A DNA stretch of 64,000 nucleotides from Phoronis australis. Its lineage: Eukaryota > Animalia > Phoronida. Made by a program: the position numbers and the translations under genes. Location of the stretch: contig NMRA01000001.1 of the NCBI GenBank assembly GCA_002633005.1, positions 1,896,938-1,960,937 of the forward strand, written 5' to 3'. Under the pieces are notes generated by a model. The model did no database searches. It worked only from the letters and a program-made list of their open reading frames with translations, and was not told the origin of the DNA. Shown here in pieces: positions 52,101-64,000 of the stretch; position 1 is the first letter of the stretch; each line of letters opens with the position of its first letter.

Positions 52101-55100
52101 TTGCCTGCATAAAACCTGCATACAATCACCATCATAAGTCTTTATCGCCTGTGCTTATTTTCTACGTCTCGTTACAGGCATATGATCAAGAAAGGTGTGT
52201 AGGTTCCATTGTGTGCAAGTTAGACATGAACAAGAAAATGGTGAGACGCGGCTATATCGCTATGCTGGCGGTAGACAAGGATTATAGACGGCGGAAAATT
52301 GGTAAAGTTCTGTAGCCATGTTGTGTTAAGAACACTTTCTTTAAATTCTTGGGTATTTCTTATTATTAACCAATGAAATAATTCAAATGAATAATTGATC
52401 TTAAAAATTGATTGCAGCTCCCTGTGAACTTTGCATTTTTACAGAATAGGGCTTGACACTTAACATAACATCAACCTGTCCAATTCCAAATCGCCAAACA
52501 GGAAATGAAGTCGACAAAACAAGAAATCCCCACGAGGCCTCCACAAAGAGGCGTAGTTGGCAACAGCCAAAAATGTGATAAGCTAGATACTTGAACTGAA
52601 GACCCGGTGAACTCTATGAACATCTGCCACATCACTGAGGTCACCCAGTTGGTTTCATTTTGTCGAACTGAAAGTAAGGATTGCCGTGTACTCAATAGTG
52701 ACCAATTTCTTTCTCGGGCACAATATTCCACGCGGGCTCATGTGAGGCCTTTGGGCAGAGGCAGATGATTAGCACCCATGCATGACTCGTGAATGAGCCT
52801 TCCGGATTTTGCCAAAAGTTTTCAACTCCCGTCTTAGTATTTTGAGTGTATGCTCTGATGTGTTTGTGGTGATTCGAGATTTTTACCTAGTCACCAACCA
52901 AGATCTAAGATCGTTTTTGCAGGATATAGGATGCGAAATTGAGCCCTGCAAAATGAGTCTCAAAGTAATATATTGCGCCATAGATCTTGTATTCCCATTT
53001 TTAATTTCAAGTTAAGTGCGTGTTTGTGTTTCTGTGAGGGTATTTTCATCACTGTCAGGTGTTGTGTTTTCAGCATTTTAATGCAATATTTTTGTGAAAA
53101 TTCGCTATGAAGTACAAAAGCAAATTGATGAATGTGTGTCGAAATTGATGTACAAAATGAGAAGTGACAAATTTTGTGAAGGTTGTGTTTCCGCAGCCTT
53201 AGCTGCAGTTGAGTCAGTACAAAGAGAGGCCCTTTACCTTACCACAAAGATTTGGGCTGCGTTCCCTAGGCCCTAGGTTCTCGCGAAAACGCAAGATGGC
53301 AAGATTGTGCCATGCTTTACAAATGAAGCATGTGATAACACTGTCTTTTCTCACGATTGTAGAATGCAGCCTTGTTTCTATATCCACGAAGTACATGTTT
53401 TGCTTTATGTTTTTTCAGGCTCAAATTTAGTTTTAAAAGCTATCCGTGCAATGGTTGCTGATGACTGTGATGAGGTGGGTGTAATTCTAATGCAACAGTT
53501 TATTCCAGCCTTTAGTCTCCACAAAACATCTTGTTCATACAATTCCTTAAGTTCAAGGAGTATGTAAATACAGCCACATGTAGTGGTAATTTTGATGTGC
53601 ATTATGGTGACTTCATGAAGCAAAAGATTTGTTAACTCACTGTTTGGCCAAAAGGCATAGTTGTTTCTGGTCTGTACCCATGTGCCTCACGATTTAAAGA
53701 AAAGAAACGCGTGCCCGGATCAATTTCAGCTAAGATTTCGGCCTTTATTTTCGAAAGCCAAATGAATGCATGCAAAGAAGGTTTTTTACGGCATAACTTT
53801 TTAAGTCGACCATAATCATCTCAGGGTTGACTTTCAATGACTCACTCCCTACCCCACCCCACTTTGGCTCATCTCAGGTGAATCTCTTTTGAATAATGGA
53901 CAACAACCGCATCAATTTATTAAAAAAAAAACAAACCAGAACCAATTTTGCTTTTTTGACCTTGTGCGTGTTTTTTAAACACAGCATGAAATTTGATAGC
54001 ATGATAATTAGCATCTTGACATTCAGTTCTCTAAAATTTATTTTTACTTAGATTTTTGTGCACATTTGAGTTCTAACTTTCTTTCAAGCAACCCACTGAT
54101 TACAGTAAAACTTTTTCAGCCTGGGACAGATGGAATTACTAAAATTGCATTTTATGTTTTCAAAGCCTTGCAACTTTGCTTCAAATGCTGATTTTTTGCC
54201 GAATGCTGTTTGGTTATAGCTGTTCTATATGCAGATTGCTAATATCAAAGTAAAATTTCATTGAAAGTAGATATCCTGATTTTCCATTTTCAAGATGTCC
54301 GTTTTTTTGCAAAAAAATTTTTTTTCACGTTCTAAATTTTCAAATTTCGTTTTACTATATAGTAATGATAAATGAAATAGAAATGATCTGGGAATTGCTT
54401 TTTCTCCACTGAATTATGCTGCAGCTCCATTTCACTGATAACTTACTGCATGCCATGTTTGTTGTTTCTCATAACTGGAAAAAACAGCGCCACCTCCTAG
54501 AAGACTGAACAACAACTTGGACACGTCTGGTGCAAAACAACTGATCAATTTGTGGCTGGCATATGTTGAATTTAATGGATTGTATTCCTAATTTCTCGTA
54601 ATCAAAAGTCCAACTATTAGAATTGTAGCAACTGGTACTGTAATGAGGAAATTCAATTCCATTATCACGTAAAATCAGAGTTTCTGTAAAAAAGTCATTT
54701 CAAAAGCCTCTTGTTTGGTTGTAACAGCAATTTTCTTAATTGAGGCTTAACCCAGACATCAACCTAGTCCATTGTTAATCATTCTGGTGTTCTTTTGTCC
54801 GGCATCATGACACATAGGGCTGTTAACTGCCATGGTTCTAAGAGTTACTAAAACCGCTCATCAATGGGTACCAGGGAATCGAAACGCGTCTATTTTGGCT
54901 AATTTTTGTTGCATTTTTTCAGGTAAAAATATTCCAAATTTTTTACAAGGAATTCAATTTCAGAAGCCAAACAGTTCAAAAAATCTGTTATAGTCCATGA
55001 TATATCAATTTATTTTAGCCAGTTTTATTACTTTGAAGCCCTCGCTAACGCTAATGCAGCAATTTCTCTACTCCACAAAATAGGACCTTAGGTCAAATTT

Positions 55101-55908
55101 CTTGATAATCACGCCTTTTGATGATGGCGGAGCCTGTCAAAATCTGCTGAGGAAGTACAACGTGCCTTGAAACGAACCCAGTTTCTAATGTCAGTTTTAA
55201 ATTATAAAAAATTTGACATAATGAAATTTCACTTTTCTGTCATATCAAGTCGTAAACCGAAAACTTTGTGCCAGTGTAGGTGAATTCTGTCGTATCATAT
55301 CTGATTTATAAAAATATTTGTTGTAGCCAAAGCTCGTTGTAACGAAATGTACTTGTACAGTACAGTTTGCTCAAGACTTGGGGAATGGAATATTTTAAGG
55401 AAACAAATATCATAAATCAGGCCAAAAATAACCATAGTTGGTTCTCATCCCTACCCCGATTCATTTCGAAACCTGCGCTCACTGACTAAAGAAATGCCTG
55501 CCTTCATCACTTTAAGCCAAGATCTTGTGTTTTTTGAAAAGCTGCACAAAGGCATGTAAGCAAGGTTTGAAATGTCTGCAAATCCCGAATCGTTTTTGCT
55601 TGCATCAGGTGGCATTTTTTAAGAAGTGAGTAACTTAAACAAACACCACACCACTGTCTCGATTTAAAAAAAAAGGGACCAAGGCCAACCATGCTTTTTT
55701 GGCCTAATTCGTTTTGACTGTAAGTAGTGTAATGCTAACTCTTGATATTTATAAATTGTATCTTTTGCAGGTTGTTCTGGAAACAGAGATCACAAATAAG
55801 GCTGCTTTGCGTTTGTACGAAAATTTGGGATTTGTCAGAGACAAAAGGCTTTTCAGGTACTATTTGAATGGTGTGGATGCCCTCCGTCTCAAGCTGTGGT
55901 TGAGTTGA
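49197..55908 (+). CDS. NAA30: N-alpha-acetyltransferase 30 (NatC catalytic subunit, MAK3), 4 exons
   Basis: Exons 49197-49736 (...[37 protein letters not shown]), 52178-52301 ([10 protein letters not shown]...[20 protein letters not shown]), 53419-53474 ([18 protein letters not shown]) and 55771-55908 ([45 protein letters not shown]). Confidence 0.97.
50057..50921. mobile_element. GC-rich MITE spanning an assembly gap (Ns ~50106-50804), apparent 5-bp TSD
   Basis: TIRs CATAGGCGGATTTAGG / CCTAGATCCGCCACTG. CAGCG on both flanks (50052-50056, 50922-50926). The interior is mostly N. Confidence 0.6.
53644..55706. mobile_element. Possible degraded ~2-kb non-autonomous DNA element filling NAA30 intron 3
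   Basis: Imperfect inverted ends TTGGCCAAAAGGCATAGTTG / CAACCATGCTTTTTTGGCCTAA. A third similar end at ~55419 suggests a nested short copy. Confidence 0.35.
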
Positions 55909-56249
55909 GCTGTTGGTTTCTCGATTTGTACCGTTTTTACTCATATTTTATGAAATACACAAAATTGTTGCGAGTTGTTACTATTTGTTGTTTTTATTAC
56001 CTTTGTCAGGACAAATTCTGTCGAATTTTTTGCTTTTACTTGGTGAAATGAAATTTCTCCAAGTATGTTGTTGTGTCATAAAACTTGGGTTTTTGTTTGT
56101 TTGTGTCTTCATTCGCATGCTTCAGATGGTAATTCTTATCTGTTCAATGTGAAATGCAAACACAACATGTGTCTCGTGAATGGTTTGGAGACTGTTGTTT
56201 TTGGTTAAAATCAGATACAAGATGGCGCTGCGGCAGCCATTTTTCAATT

Positions 56250-57580
56250 TTTTTTGCGAAGCCATAGGATTGGTGTTTCTGGTGATATTTTTATTATTCT
56301 GTGGATAAATCACTCCAAGGGCTATCACAAGTGTGTCATTGGTATTCTCTGGTCTTGCTGTTCTCTAGTTATTCCAGATTTTCTGAGGACTGGTGTCCCA
56401 GTAACTCATTTTTTTGCCATATCTTTGGCATCCGTTGACAGATCTGCCTGAAATTTGGTATGTGGCTAGATCTTTTCAAGCGCCATAACTTGTGTGATCT
56501 GTTTCTTGCTACTACTTACGGTTCTCTCGTTATTCGAAATGTACTGTTCAGATGACTGTTCTTTTGTTGACTAAGTATTTATAGCTGCACTTTGTTAGCT
56601 TATCATATTTGTGCTAGAGATTGCATTTTTCGTCTGATGGACATGAAATTGACGTACAGAGTTTACTTTGTCAATAGCCTGATAACTGTTGTTCTTGGGT
56701 GAAATCCCACGTTAGATAGCGCTGTGACGGGCCTTTTTCAAATTGTTTGCTGGGCTCTCACTCTGCGATCCTTTGTCCGAACCTTTTCAAGTTTGGTATA
56801 CGTTAGTGTAATTATTGATTTTCCTAGCCGTTGGTTTGCGGAGCCGTAGCTCCGATGTTGCTGTGCTGGGATAGATCTTTTCAAGGGCTATGGAGGGCTT
56901 GCCGTTTGTCTTTCTCTAAGGCTAACGGTTCTCGAGTTACTCAAAATTTTCGATGACTGCTCTCCAATTGAGTTTTTTGTGCGGTATTTGCGACATCCTG
57001 ACAGATATGTCTGAAATTTGATATGTGGATTATACTTTTCGAGCTCCATCAGCATTTTTGTCGTTACGACTTGCTTTTCTCGAAATATTCCAGATTTACT
57101 GCTTATATGACTGTTCTTTCATTGACTTGTTTGAAGCTGCACTTTGTTGGCCTATCATATTCATGCGCGCACCCAGCCTAAAAATGGGGTGCTCGAATTT
57201 TTTAGAATTTGGACCTTTTACAAAAAATAGGTCGCGTTCAGAGCTGTGAATTGTGCATTCGCTGAGTTTTGGTAGTTTCTGCGTTTTTAGTGATGTTCGT
57301 GCTAGAATTAGAGTTTTTCGTCTGATCGACATGAAATTTACGCACACTGTTGATCTAGTCATTGAGTTCGTTTGTTTTGGGCGAAATCGGACGCAAGATG
57401 GCATTTTAAGGTAATGTTTGCGAAGCTCCAGCTCTGCGATGCTTTGACCACGATCTTTTCAAAATTGGTATGTAAATCAATTTGGTATGCAAATGGGCTA
57501 TCTAGTCATCGACCTCACCATGAATTTCTTACTCGATTTCACGAGGTGTCGCGCCTCGTAACGCTTTCGTTAAGTATTCA
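56250..57580 (+). mobile_element. Probable HINE-like element with diverged internal tandem units
   Basis: Starts after a T-run. Recurrent GAAATTTGGTAT, GATCTTTTCAAG and GCTGCACTTTGTT units (e.g. 56436-56660 vs 56990-57345). 3' hairpin ACGAGGTG-T-CGCGCCTCGT. Confidence 0.5.
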
Positions 57581-58009
57581 CTGATTTATGACACAATACA
57601 GCAGGTGCGGGATTAGAAATCAACCTGGGAGGTGAAAATGACAAATACACTGACTTGGGTGAGCTTGGAGCACGAACAAATATTATGTTACACTATTATA
57701 GAAGCACTGGTGTTACACGTCAAATTGTCCACGTTTGGGTAGCCTGGGTTGCATAAAACTTCAAAATTATCCGCTGCATAAGTTTGATTGTTGCGTGACG
57801 CCAGATGCATTGTTCAACAATGACAACGTGACGCGTGATAATGCGATGTCATTGTTGCTATCCAGCGTAAAATTTTTATGCAACTGGGTCCATGTGATTT
57901 CGTGCGTGGGCTGGTTTAAGCCCCGTGCTCCCCAACCCGCCTGACACGACCAAAAACAGGACCACATGGCGTTAAAAATGACGATCATGGCCTGTTTGCA
58001 TAAAGTCAT

Positions 58010-59010
58010 ACGTTCATAATGAGAATCACGTAGAAAATATATCTGAAACTAAATAAGGCGATCCAGATCCTCCCAAGGATTCTATTGTTTCTTGAAATGA
58101 AGAATATAAATCGGTAAATAAAACAACAAGAATGGATCAACTGAAATTTGAAATTTTCGGAGGTAACAACTTCCTTTATCAACAAAAACAGAAATAAAGT
58201 AAAATCAAACACGAAATGACAATTGACATATAAGATATGGTGTAATGAAAATGATACATTTTTGCGTAAAAAATTCAATGACATATTTTAAGTTTTTATG
58301 TTCAATCCATGAGGTTCTATTGTATTCAGTTTGTCTATCCAATATTGTTCTCTTTTAAGTCTGTGAGGGGTACTGGGGTGTTGGAGTTTTTCTATTATTT
58401 GTACAGAAAGATCTTGAATATTATGGTTTTTGGAATTGAAATGATTACCTACAGTATCAGAAATGTTTTTATGTATTATGTTAAATCTATGATTACGAAA
58501 CCGAGTTTGTAGATTATGTTGAGTTTGTCCTACGTATTGGATAGAACATTTTTTACAAGTTATAAGGTAAATAATATTGTTGGTGGTGCAATCAGAATAA
58601 TGTTTTATTTCAAAGTTTTCATTGGTTTGGGAAGACTGGAAAAAAGTGCTATCGTTGATGAAGTTACACATTTTACACCTAGTTTTGTTACATTGTGTGT
58701 TGCCAATAGGTTTGTCAGTTTGGTGTATATTGTCGATATTAGCTTTAACTAAATAATTTTTTAGATTTTTACATTTTCTCCAAGAAATTATAGGGGGATG
58801 AGGAAATAGGTTTTTCATTTGAAGGGAAATATGCAGTGTAGAAAGATGTTTTTTGAAGACGTGGCTAATTCCGTTTAAACATGGATTGAACATAGTTATG
58901 AAAGGTATTCTATTAGTAGTATTGCCTTTAGTTTTAGTTCTTAAAGATTCATTTCGAGTAATTGAGCGGACTTTGTCAAACTGTTTGTGTAAATCTTTTT
59001 TGAGGTCAAC
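58010..59010 (-). mobile_element. Penelope-like retroelement, 5'-truncated: linker, intact GIY-YIG endonuclease coding region and 3' pLTR
   Basis: ORF 58288-59106 contains RIPFITMFNP...PPIISWRKCKNLKNYLV, a Cys-rich motif (CNKTRCKMC), NIIYLITCKKCSIQYVGQT...RFRNH and REQYWIDKLNTIEPHGLN. No RT domain is present. A ~30-bp direct duplication (59012-59042 / 59053-59082) marks the 5' junction. Confidence 0.92.
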
Positions 59011-59109
59011 TTTATCTTGAACACCTGCTGTGATAGGTTTTTTTTTTGGAGGTATCTTGAACACCTGCTTTGATAGGTTTTTCTTTTCTTTTATAATGAG
59101 AATCAAAAA

Positions 59110-59560
59110 TGTTTATTGTATATAGGTCTTGGCCTCATAACACAGTTTACATTAAAACTTTACAGTGGATAAAATTTTAGCCCTTGGCACCGTTTCTCTT
59201 GAAATATATAGCGCTTGGCTTTTTAGTTCACAGATTATGACTTTGATTTAATCTAACTACTCTGGCATCATCTGTATATTTGTCAGCAAATTTCTGCGCT
59301 CATCAGCAAGGACAGGCCAGTGACACCTAAAATGAATCTCGTTTTCAATTTGACCAGTGTTGCATATTCCACAAATTCTCTTAATCCTTGATTAGACCCA
59401 CGTGTCGCCTTGTTTCAATGTAAAGCTTGTGTATTGCGCACCTAAAACGAACAAGTATTTAAAGTACTTTCCCTAATTAGGGTTCTAACAAGTACATTAA
59501 TAGCACAATGCAGTTGATATTTAGTCGAATTATTAATTGCAGAGTGCCAATTTTTTCGTC
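59110..59560 (-). pseudogene. LINE ORF2 3'-end relic (C-terminal CCHC-like region)
   Basis: Minus strand LVRFRCAIHKLYIETRRH.../RICGICNTGQIENEIHFRCHWPVLADERRNLL with a frameshift, followed by AATAAA near 59115. Confidence 0.75.
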
Positions 59561-59723
59561 AGTGTCAATTAATCTCTGACGGAATTCAGAAAGGGATAAA
59601 TCTACGTCACCCGGTCCGTATAACCGCATCTCTCCAAACCCAAATCAAATCCTGCCTAGCACAAAAAAAATCACACCATGAGTGTACCACGTATCCGTGC
59701 TCGTTCTTCTAAGAATGCGGGAA

Positions 59724-59765
59724 CACCTGAAGATGGCCGGAGAAGAGACCGACCGAAACGTCGTG
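59724..59765 (+). ncRNA. Minimal hammerhead ribozyme of Penelope pLTR type
   Basis: CAC-CTGAAGA-T-GGCCGG-AGAAGAGA-CCGACC-GAA-ACGT-C-GTG: canonical CUGAnGA/GAAA core, GUC cleavage triplet, stem II (5 of 6 bp), palindromic ACGT stem III and stem I CAC/GTG. It lies in a ~59575-59850 pLTR-like segment. Confidence 0.75.
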
Positions 59766-59982
59766 ACAGTGTATATAGACTAGAGGTCGGTGTAAATAGA
59801 CCAAGAGATTTTAATGATAGTTCTACTATGTACCGATACTAATCAATCGATCCATTTGCTTCAACCTCAGTAAAGAAATAGATATTTATTTAGTCAAAAC
59901 CTAAAGATTCTGAAAAATTGAAACATTTTAGATGAGGAGACTAAATCCATATATGTTCTAAAAGTCAGTCGTCGCAGGATTT

Positions 59983-62700
59983 CTACATGCAGACGCACAT
60001 TGCCCGTTTACCAGGCTCGTGCTCGTCGCCATTTTCAGACTCGTCATCACTGGATTCTCTATCGTCACTGGATTCATGCATTGCCGACCCGGCTTCGCTG
60101 AACTGTGTTGCTGCATCCTCATATTGGCGAGCAGGTTCATGAATACGAACCTTTGGATGAGTTTCGTCGTCTTCTCCCGGTCTTTGGACGATGTTTTCAG
60201 ACCTTACGCAAGAACATACATCAATCGGACAACATCCAAGCACAAGCCGGCTCGGTTCCGGATTCACAGCCCCGCTTGAAACTGTTTGAGCATGTGTTAA
60301 GTCTGCTTCGGGAATTTCATCAACAGTGTCAGTTACTGGTATTTGTTTCATACAAGAACATACAACTAGCGGAAAACATCCTTGGTCACTTGATTTCTTT
60401 TTTGTTCCGTTTTTATCATTGGCGCATGCTATAGCTTTGAGCTCAGCCGGTTCATGGCAAAATGCCATCCATATTCCGATTAAACATGCCGCCGAGTGAA
60501 TTCGATAAAATATAGCCAATGGGTAGATAATATATGATATGATAAGCCAATGGCTCTTTTCGTAATACTGATCTGGAATGAAGTCACTGGCCGAGACATT
60601 TCTATTGATTTCATATTCCAGCATGGCCCAAAATCCAATGTTACACATGGCGAGAACTCCAGCCCCATGACGGACGAACCATGCCATCTGACGTATCTGT
60701 TTGGCCTTCTCAACAATTTGAATAGTTATATTACGGTCGTGTTCAATGATTTGCCTCTCTTCATCGGTACGTAAGACATCAGAAGTTTTGCGACAATTAC
60801 TGCAATGGCAACTGCAAAGTTTACACACATAGCTGCATAATTGTTTTTTGAAATCGACTGAAGTCAACTTCATCGATTTTAATGATTCTTCGCTGATCTG
60901 CGGAAAAGAGCTTGGCAAGCAGATTAAAATAAATAATGTCTGAATGACGCATTGCACGACGTTTAAAACTGAGTCTGAAATGTACACAGCTTGCAAACTT
61001 CGTTGCGTTGCATCCAGCGCAGTGTGGTTTCCAGCGGCACTGCCATTTGCTACACGGAAAGCCTCTGGCGTTGCTGCAAAGCAAAATCCACTGAGAAGAA
61101 ATGTACCCATTAAAGAAACGAACAAAAGGTAGACGTCTAAAAGCACGTGGTGAGACCGCGTTTTTTCCTCTGCCTGTCTGTCATCAACGTGGAACACACT
61201 TTTGTTCAGACTAAATATCCCCACAATCGACAAGGCCATCATAAGAATATAAAACGCAATTCGCGCTCCATAATAAATAGCGAAGTTAATTNATCTGACG
61301 TATCTGTTTGGCCTTCTCAACAATTTGAATAGTTATATTACGGTCGTGTTGAATGATTTGCCGTTCTTCATCGGTACTTAAGACATCAGAAGTTTTGCGA
61401 CAATTACTGCAATGGCAGCTGCAAAGTTTACACACATAGCTGCATAATTGTTTTTTGAGATCGACTGAAGTCAACTTCATCGATTTTAATGATTCTTCGC
61501 TGATCTGCGGAAAAGAGCTTGGCAAGCAGATTAAAATAAATAATGTCTGAATGACGCATTGCACGACGTTTAAAACTGAGTCTGAAATGTACACAGCTTG
61601 CAAACTTCGTTGCGTTGCATCCAGCGCAGTGTGGTTTCCAGCGGCACTGCCATTTGCAACACGGAAAGCCTCTGGCGTTGCTGCAAAGCAAAATCCACTG
61701 AGAAGAAATGTCCCCATTAAAGAAACGAACAAAAGGTAGACGTCTAAAAGCACGTGGTGAGACCGCGTTTTTTCCTCTGCCTGTCTGTCATCAACGTGGA
61801 ACACACTTTTGTTCAGACTAATTATCCCCACAATCGACAAGGCCATCATAAGAATATAAAACGCAATTCGCGCTCCATAATAAATAGCGAAGTTAATTAC
61901 AGTGGCTAGCAGAGTACTTTTTGGCAAGATGTCAGTAGCGAGGAAAACGATTATCATTAGAATTATTACGAACATTGCACCGCCCACCAATATGCTTCCC
62001 TCCCCGCCTTTGATTTTGACTATGCGGCTGCGTGATAAAGTTTCATTTGATTTTAGAGCCTTGTTTTCACCTTTCTGCTCCTCACATGGTACAACTATGC
62101 CCCACATGTGAAGCATCAACCCGGAGCAAATAAGTGCATACTCTAGAACGAACGGGTCGAGAAACGGTCTCACTGTCATAGCAAATACTTCAATTGTGGA
62201 TGTTAAGTTCGATCCGTTGCATTCTTGTCTGTAATTTCCGTTACAACATCGTCTAAGGCAGTTCTTAATTTCCCGGTCGTCCTTCGATGCCTCGTCTACA
62301 AACACCTTTAACCACAAAATGACGTTTGTTGCTATGATGTGTGTCAACATTAAATAGTTCACGAACTTGGCAAAGAACCTCTTTGTAGAAAACCTGTACA
62401 GAAAAAACAACTGCAAGAATACGAAAAAGAAATAAACCAATAGGTATATTGTGTGCGAGGCCGGGTTTACTCTGTTGCATTGAATAAAGCAGTGGCCTCG
62501 GGGATTATCCTCACGTGTATCTATTAGAAAGGCGACGAAACTGGTTGCTGACGAGAATGCTGTTACTAAACCAAATATGAACGCCACCCTTCGAAGGTGT
62601 AACGGAAGTCTCGCGTGTTCATCGTTGTTGTTCGTGCACAGACAACCCGTGGGTGCAGCACAGATAACTACCATCATCAGCACCACAGCGAAGCACATGG
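59983..62700 (-). CDS. Otopetrin-family proton channel, large terminal exon (5'-partial; split by an artefactual 607-bp duplication)
   Basis: Multi-pass membrane ORF with otopetrin motifs THIIATNVILWLKVFVDE, FLDPFVLEYALICSGLMLHMW, MCNIGFWAM and PLAIFYRIHSAACLIGIW. Acceptor TTTTTCAG at 62708-62701. ORFs 61286-62698 and 59983-61323 merge into one frame once the duplicate is removed. Confidence 0.85.
60686..61898. other. Tandem 607-bp duplication joined by a single N (probably unmerged haplotype overlap)
   Basis: 60686-61291 is near-identical to 61293-61898, with N at 61292 and a handful of substitutions. Confidence 0.9.
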
Positions 62701-63563
62701 CTGAAAAAGATTAGCATTATTAAAAAAACGTGGCTTTAATATGCTTCGCAACGCCGTAGGAAGTGGGAATAGTTAATTGCCAGGGAACCTAAGAATTCTA
62801 GCTAAAAGGTCTTACTTGGTTGGACCTTCTTGCAAATTGTCATCAGCCGGAATGTTATAGAGCAGTCGTGCTCAGTCTCCAGCGGTCCTCGGTTTTGTGG
62901 TGAGGCGGACATGTTTTTAGGTGTATCTGGTCCCATTTTCTAGCCCGGGTAAGTTCTATTTGTTTATGCTTGTCCTGTTTTGTGGTGAGACAACGGTCCG
63001 ATTTGGTGGGCGGATGGTTCTGTTTTGGGTCCAGCTGTCATTTTCTTTCCCACCGCGGTGGATTATCGGAGTTCTCTATTTTTGTATCTCCTGCCATGTG
63101 TTGGACAGTACTGTCCATATAAGGGTTGTGCCCGTTATAGGCTCATCTTTGTTTATCTGAGCGATTTTTACAGGCAGTAACGACATGCATAGCCGAGTGT
63201 CCTATAGCTAATCAGATTTCACAGATGGTCAATATTTGAGAAACCACAAACTGAATCATTGAAAAGTAATGATATATCAAACGCAAGTTTCCAGTTTAAT
63301 CTTCCTCTAGCGTATAGTCTTTATATTCTGACTTTTTCGAGATTTTGTCGTGTGAATCATAAATTAGAGATGGAAACAGAGATGCAATACAAAAGGAATT
63401 AATGTTACAGAATTTGCGTTCTTTATAATATTGACTGTGTTACAGATGAACTGCAGTTTTGTGACTTTCTTGTGAAGTGACGTGGAACTTCGACAACACG
63501 TTTAAATGTTTTTCTAATAATGCTTTTCTTTTTCAAATGTAGTCTACTGACTAGCAGCAAATT

Positions 63564-63850
63564 TAACAAGAGCAACGCAGAGCCTTGAAATGCGCCCACG
63601 AATGCACCGCAAGCGGGGTGCTTCTAGGGTTGTTTATTTGTTTCATAAAAATAGCCACCAGATGGTGAAAAAACGTCCAATCCACCTGAAAAAAGGAAAT
63701 ATGCCATCGCTTGTTTAATAGAAAGCTATTTATCAATTTTCTTAAAAATCTGTCAAGGAACTTTGGAGCAACAAAGGAAAACAGAAAAAATGAAATTGCC
63801 ACTACGGGGCACAACGTTCATTGGATCGGCCTGAAAGACGTCGTCATCTT
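63564..63850 (-). mobile_element. HINE-like element 3' portion (same family as 29660 and 45693)
   Basis: AACAAGAGCAACGCAGAGCCTTGAAATGCGCCCACGAATGCA is the reverse complement of the 30885-30930 terminus. It continues with GTGCTTCTAGGG like the 45693 copy. Confidence 0.75.
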
Positions 63851-64000
63851 TTGTTAGCTTCGTATAAATACAATTACTAAATTTAATAAAGATCCTGCTG
63901 TGAGTTTAGGAGATGCAGCTATGGGCGCAAAACAAAACAAAACTACCTCTAGGAGGCGCCACAGTAGTCAAATTCGTTATCGTCAACCGTCCTCTTCACA

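Noticed and set aside
59983-62698. Two tandem otopetrin paralogs or an internally duplicated channel
   Set aside because: The overlap is near-identical, joined at one N and frame-breaking. It is best explained as an assembly artefact.

Overview
This is AT-rich animal (invertebrate) nuclear DNA with GT-AG introns, three N-gaps and two single-N joins. Seven protein-coding genes can be supported from the sequence. They are an intronless RING/B-box/coiled-coil/NHL (TRIM-NHL-like) gene (-), the last six coding exons of TSTD2 (+), a 3-exon sphingosine-1-phosphate phosphatase (SGPP, +), a 6-exon DUSP12 (-), COA6 (-), a 4-exon NAA30 (+), and the terminal exon of an otopetrin-family proton channel (-) that carries a 607-bp assembly duplication. 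Introns and intergenic DNA are full of transposons: hAT MITEs with 8-bp and 5-bp TSDs, a Kolobok-like THAP element nested in another MITE, a solo LTR, Helentron/HINE-like elements, a tRNA-derived SINE, LINE relics and several Penelope-like (GIY-YIG) pieces. The main highlight is that COA6 and DUSP12 form an operon-like tandem. Only 87 nt separate the COA6 stop from the DUSP12 ATG, and that spacer holds an AATAAA and a splice acceptor 1 nt before the ATG. Other highlights are minimal hammerhead ribozymes (one canonical, several U3-A8 variants) in Penelope-type sequence, a HINE with eight regularly spaced CTCF-like motifs, a TRIM-NHL gene apparently nested antisense in TSTD2, and an otopetrin ending in a CaaX box. 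All family calls come from recognising motifs by eye; no database searches were run.
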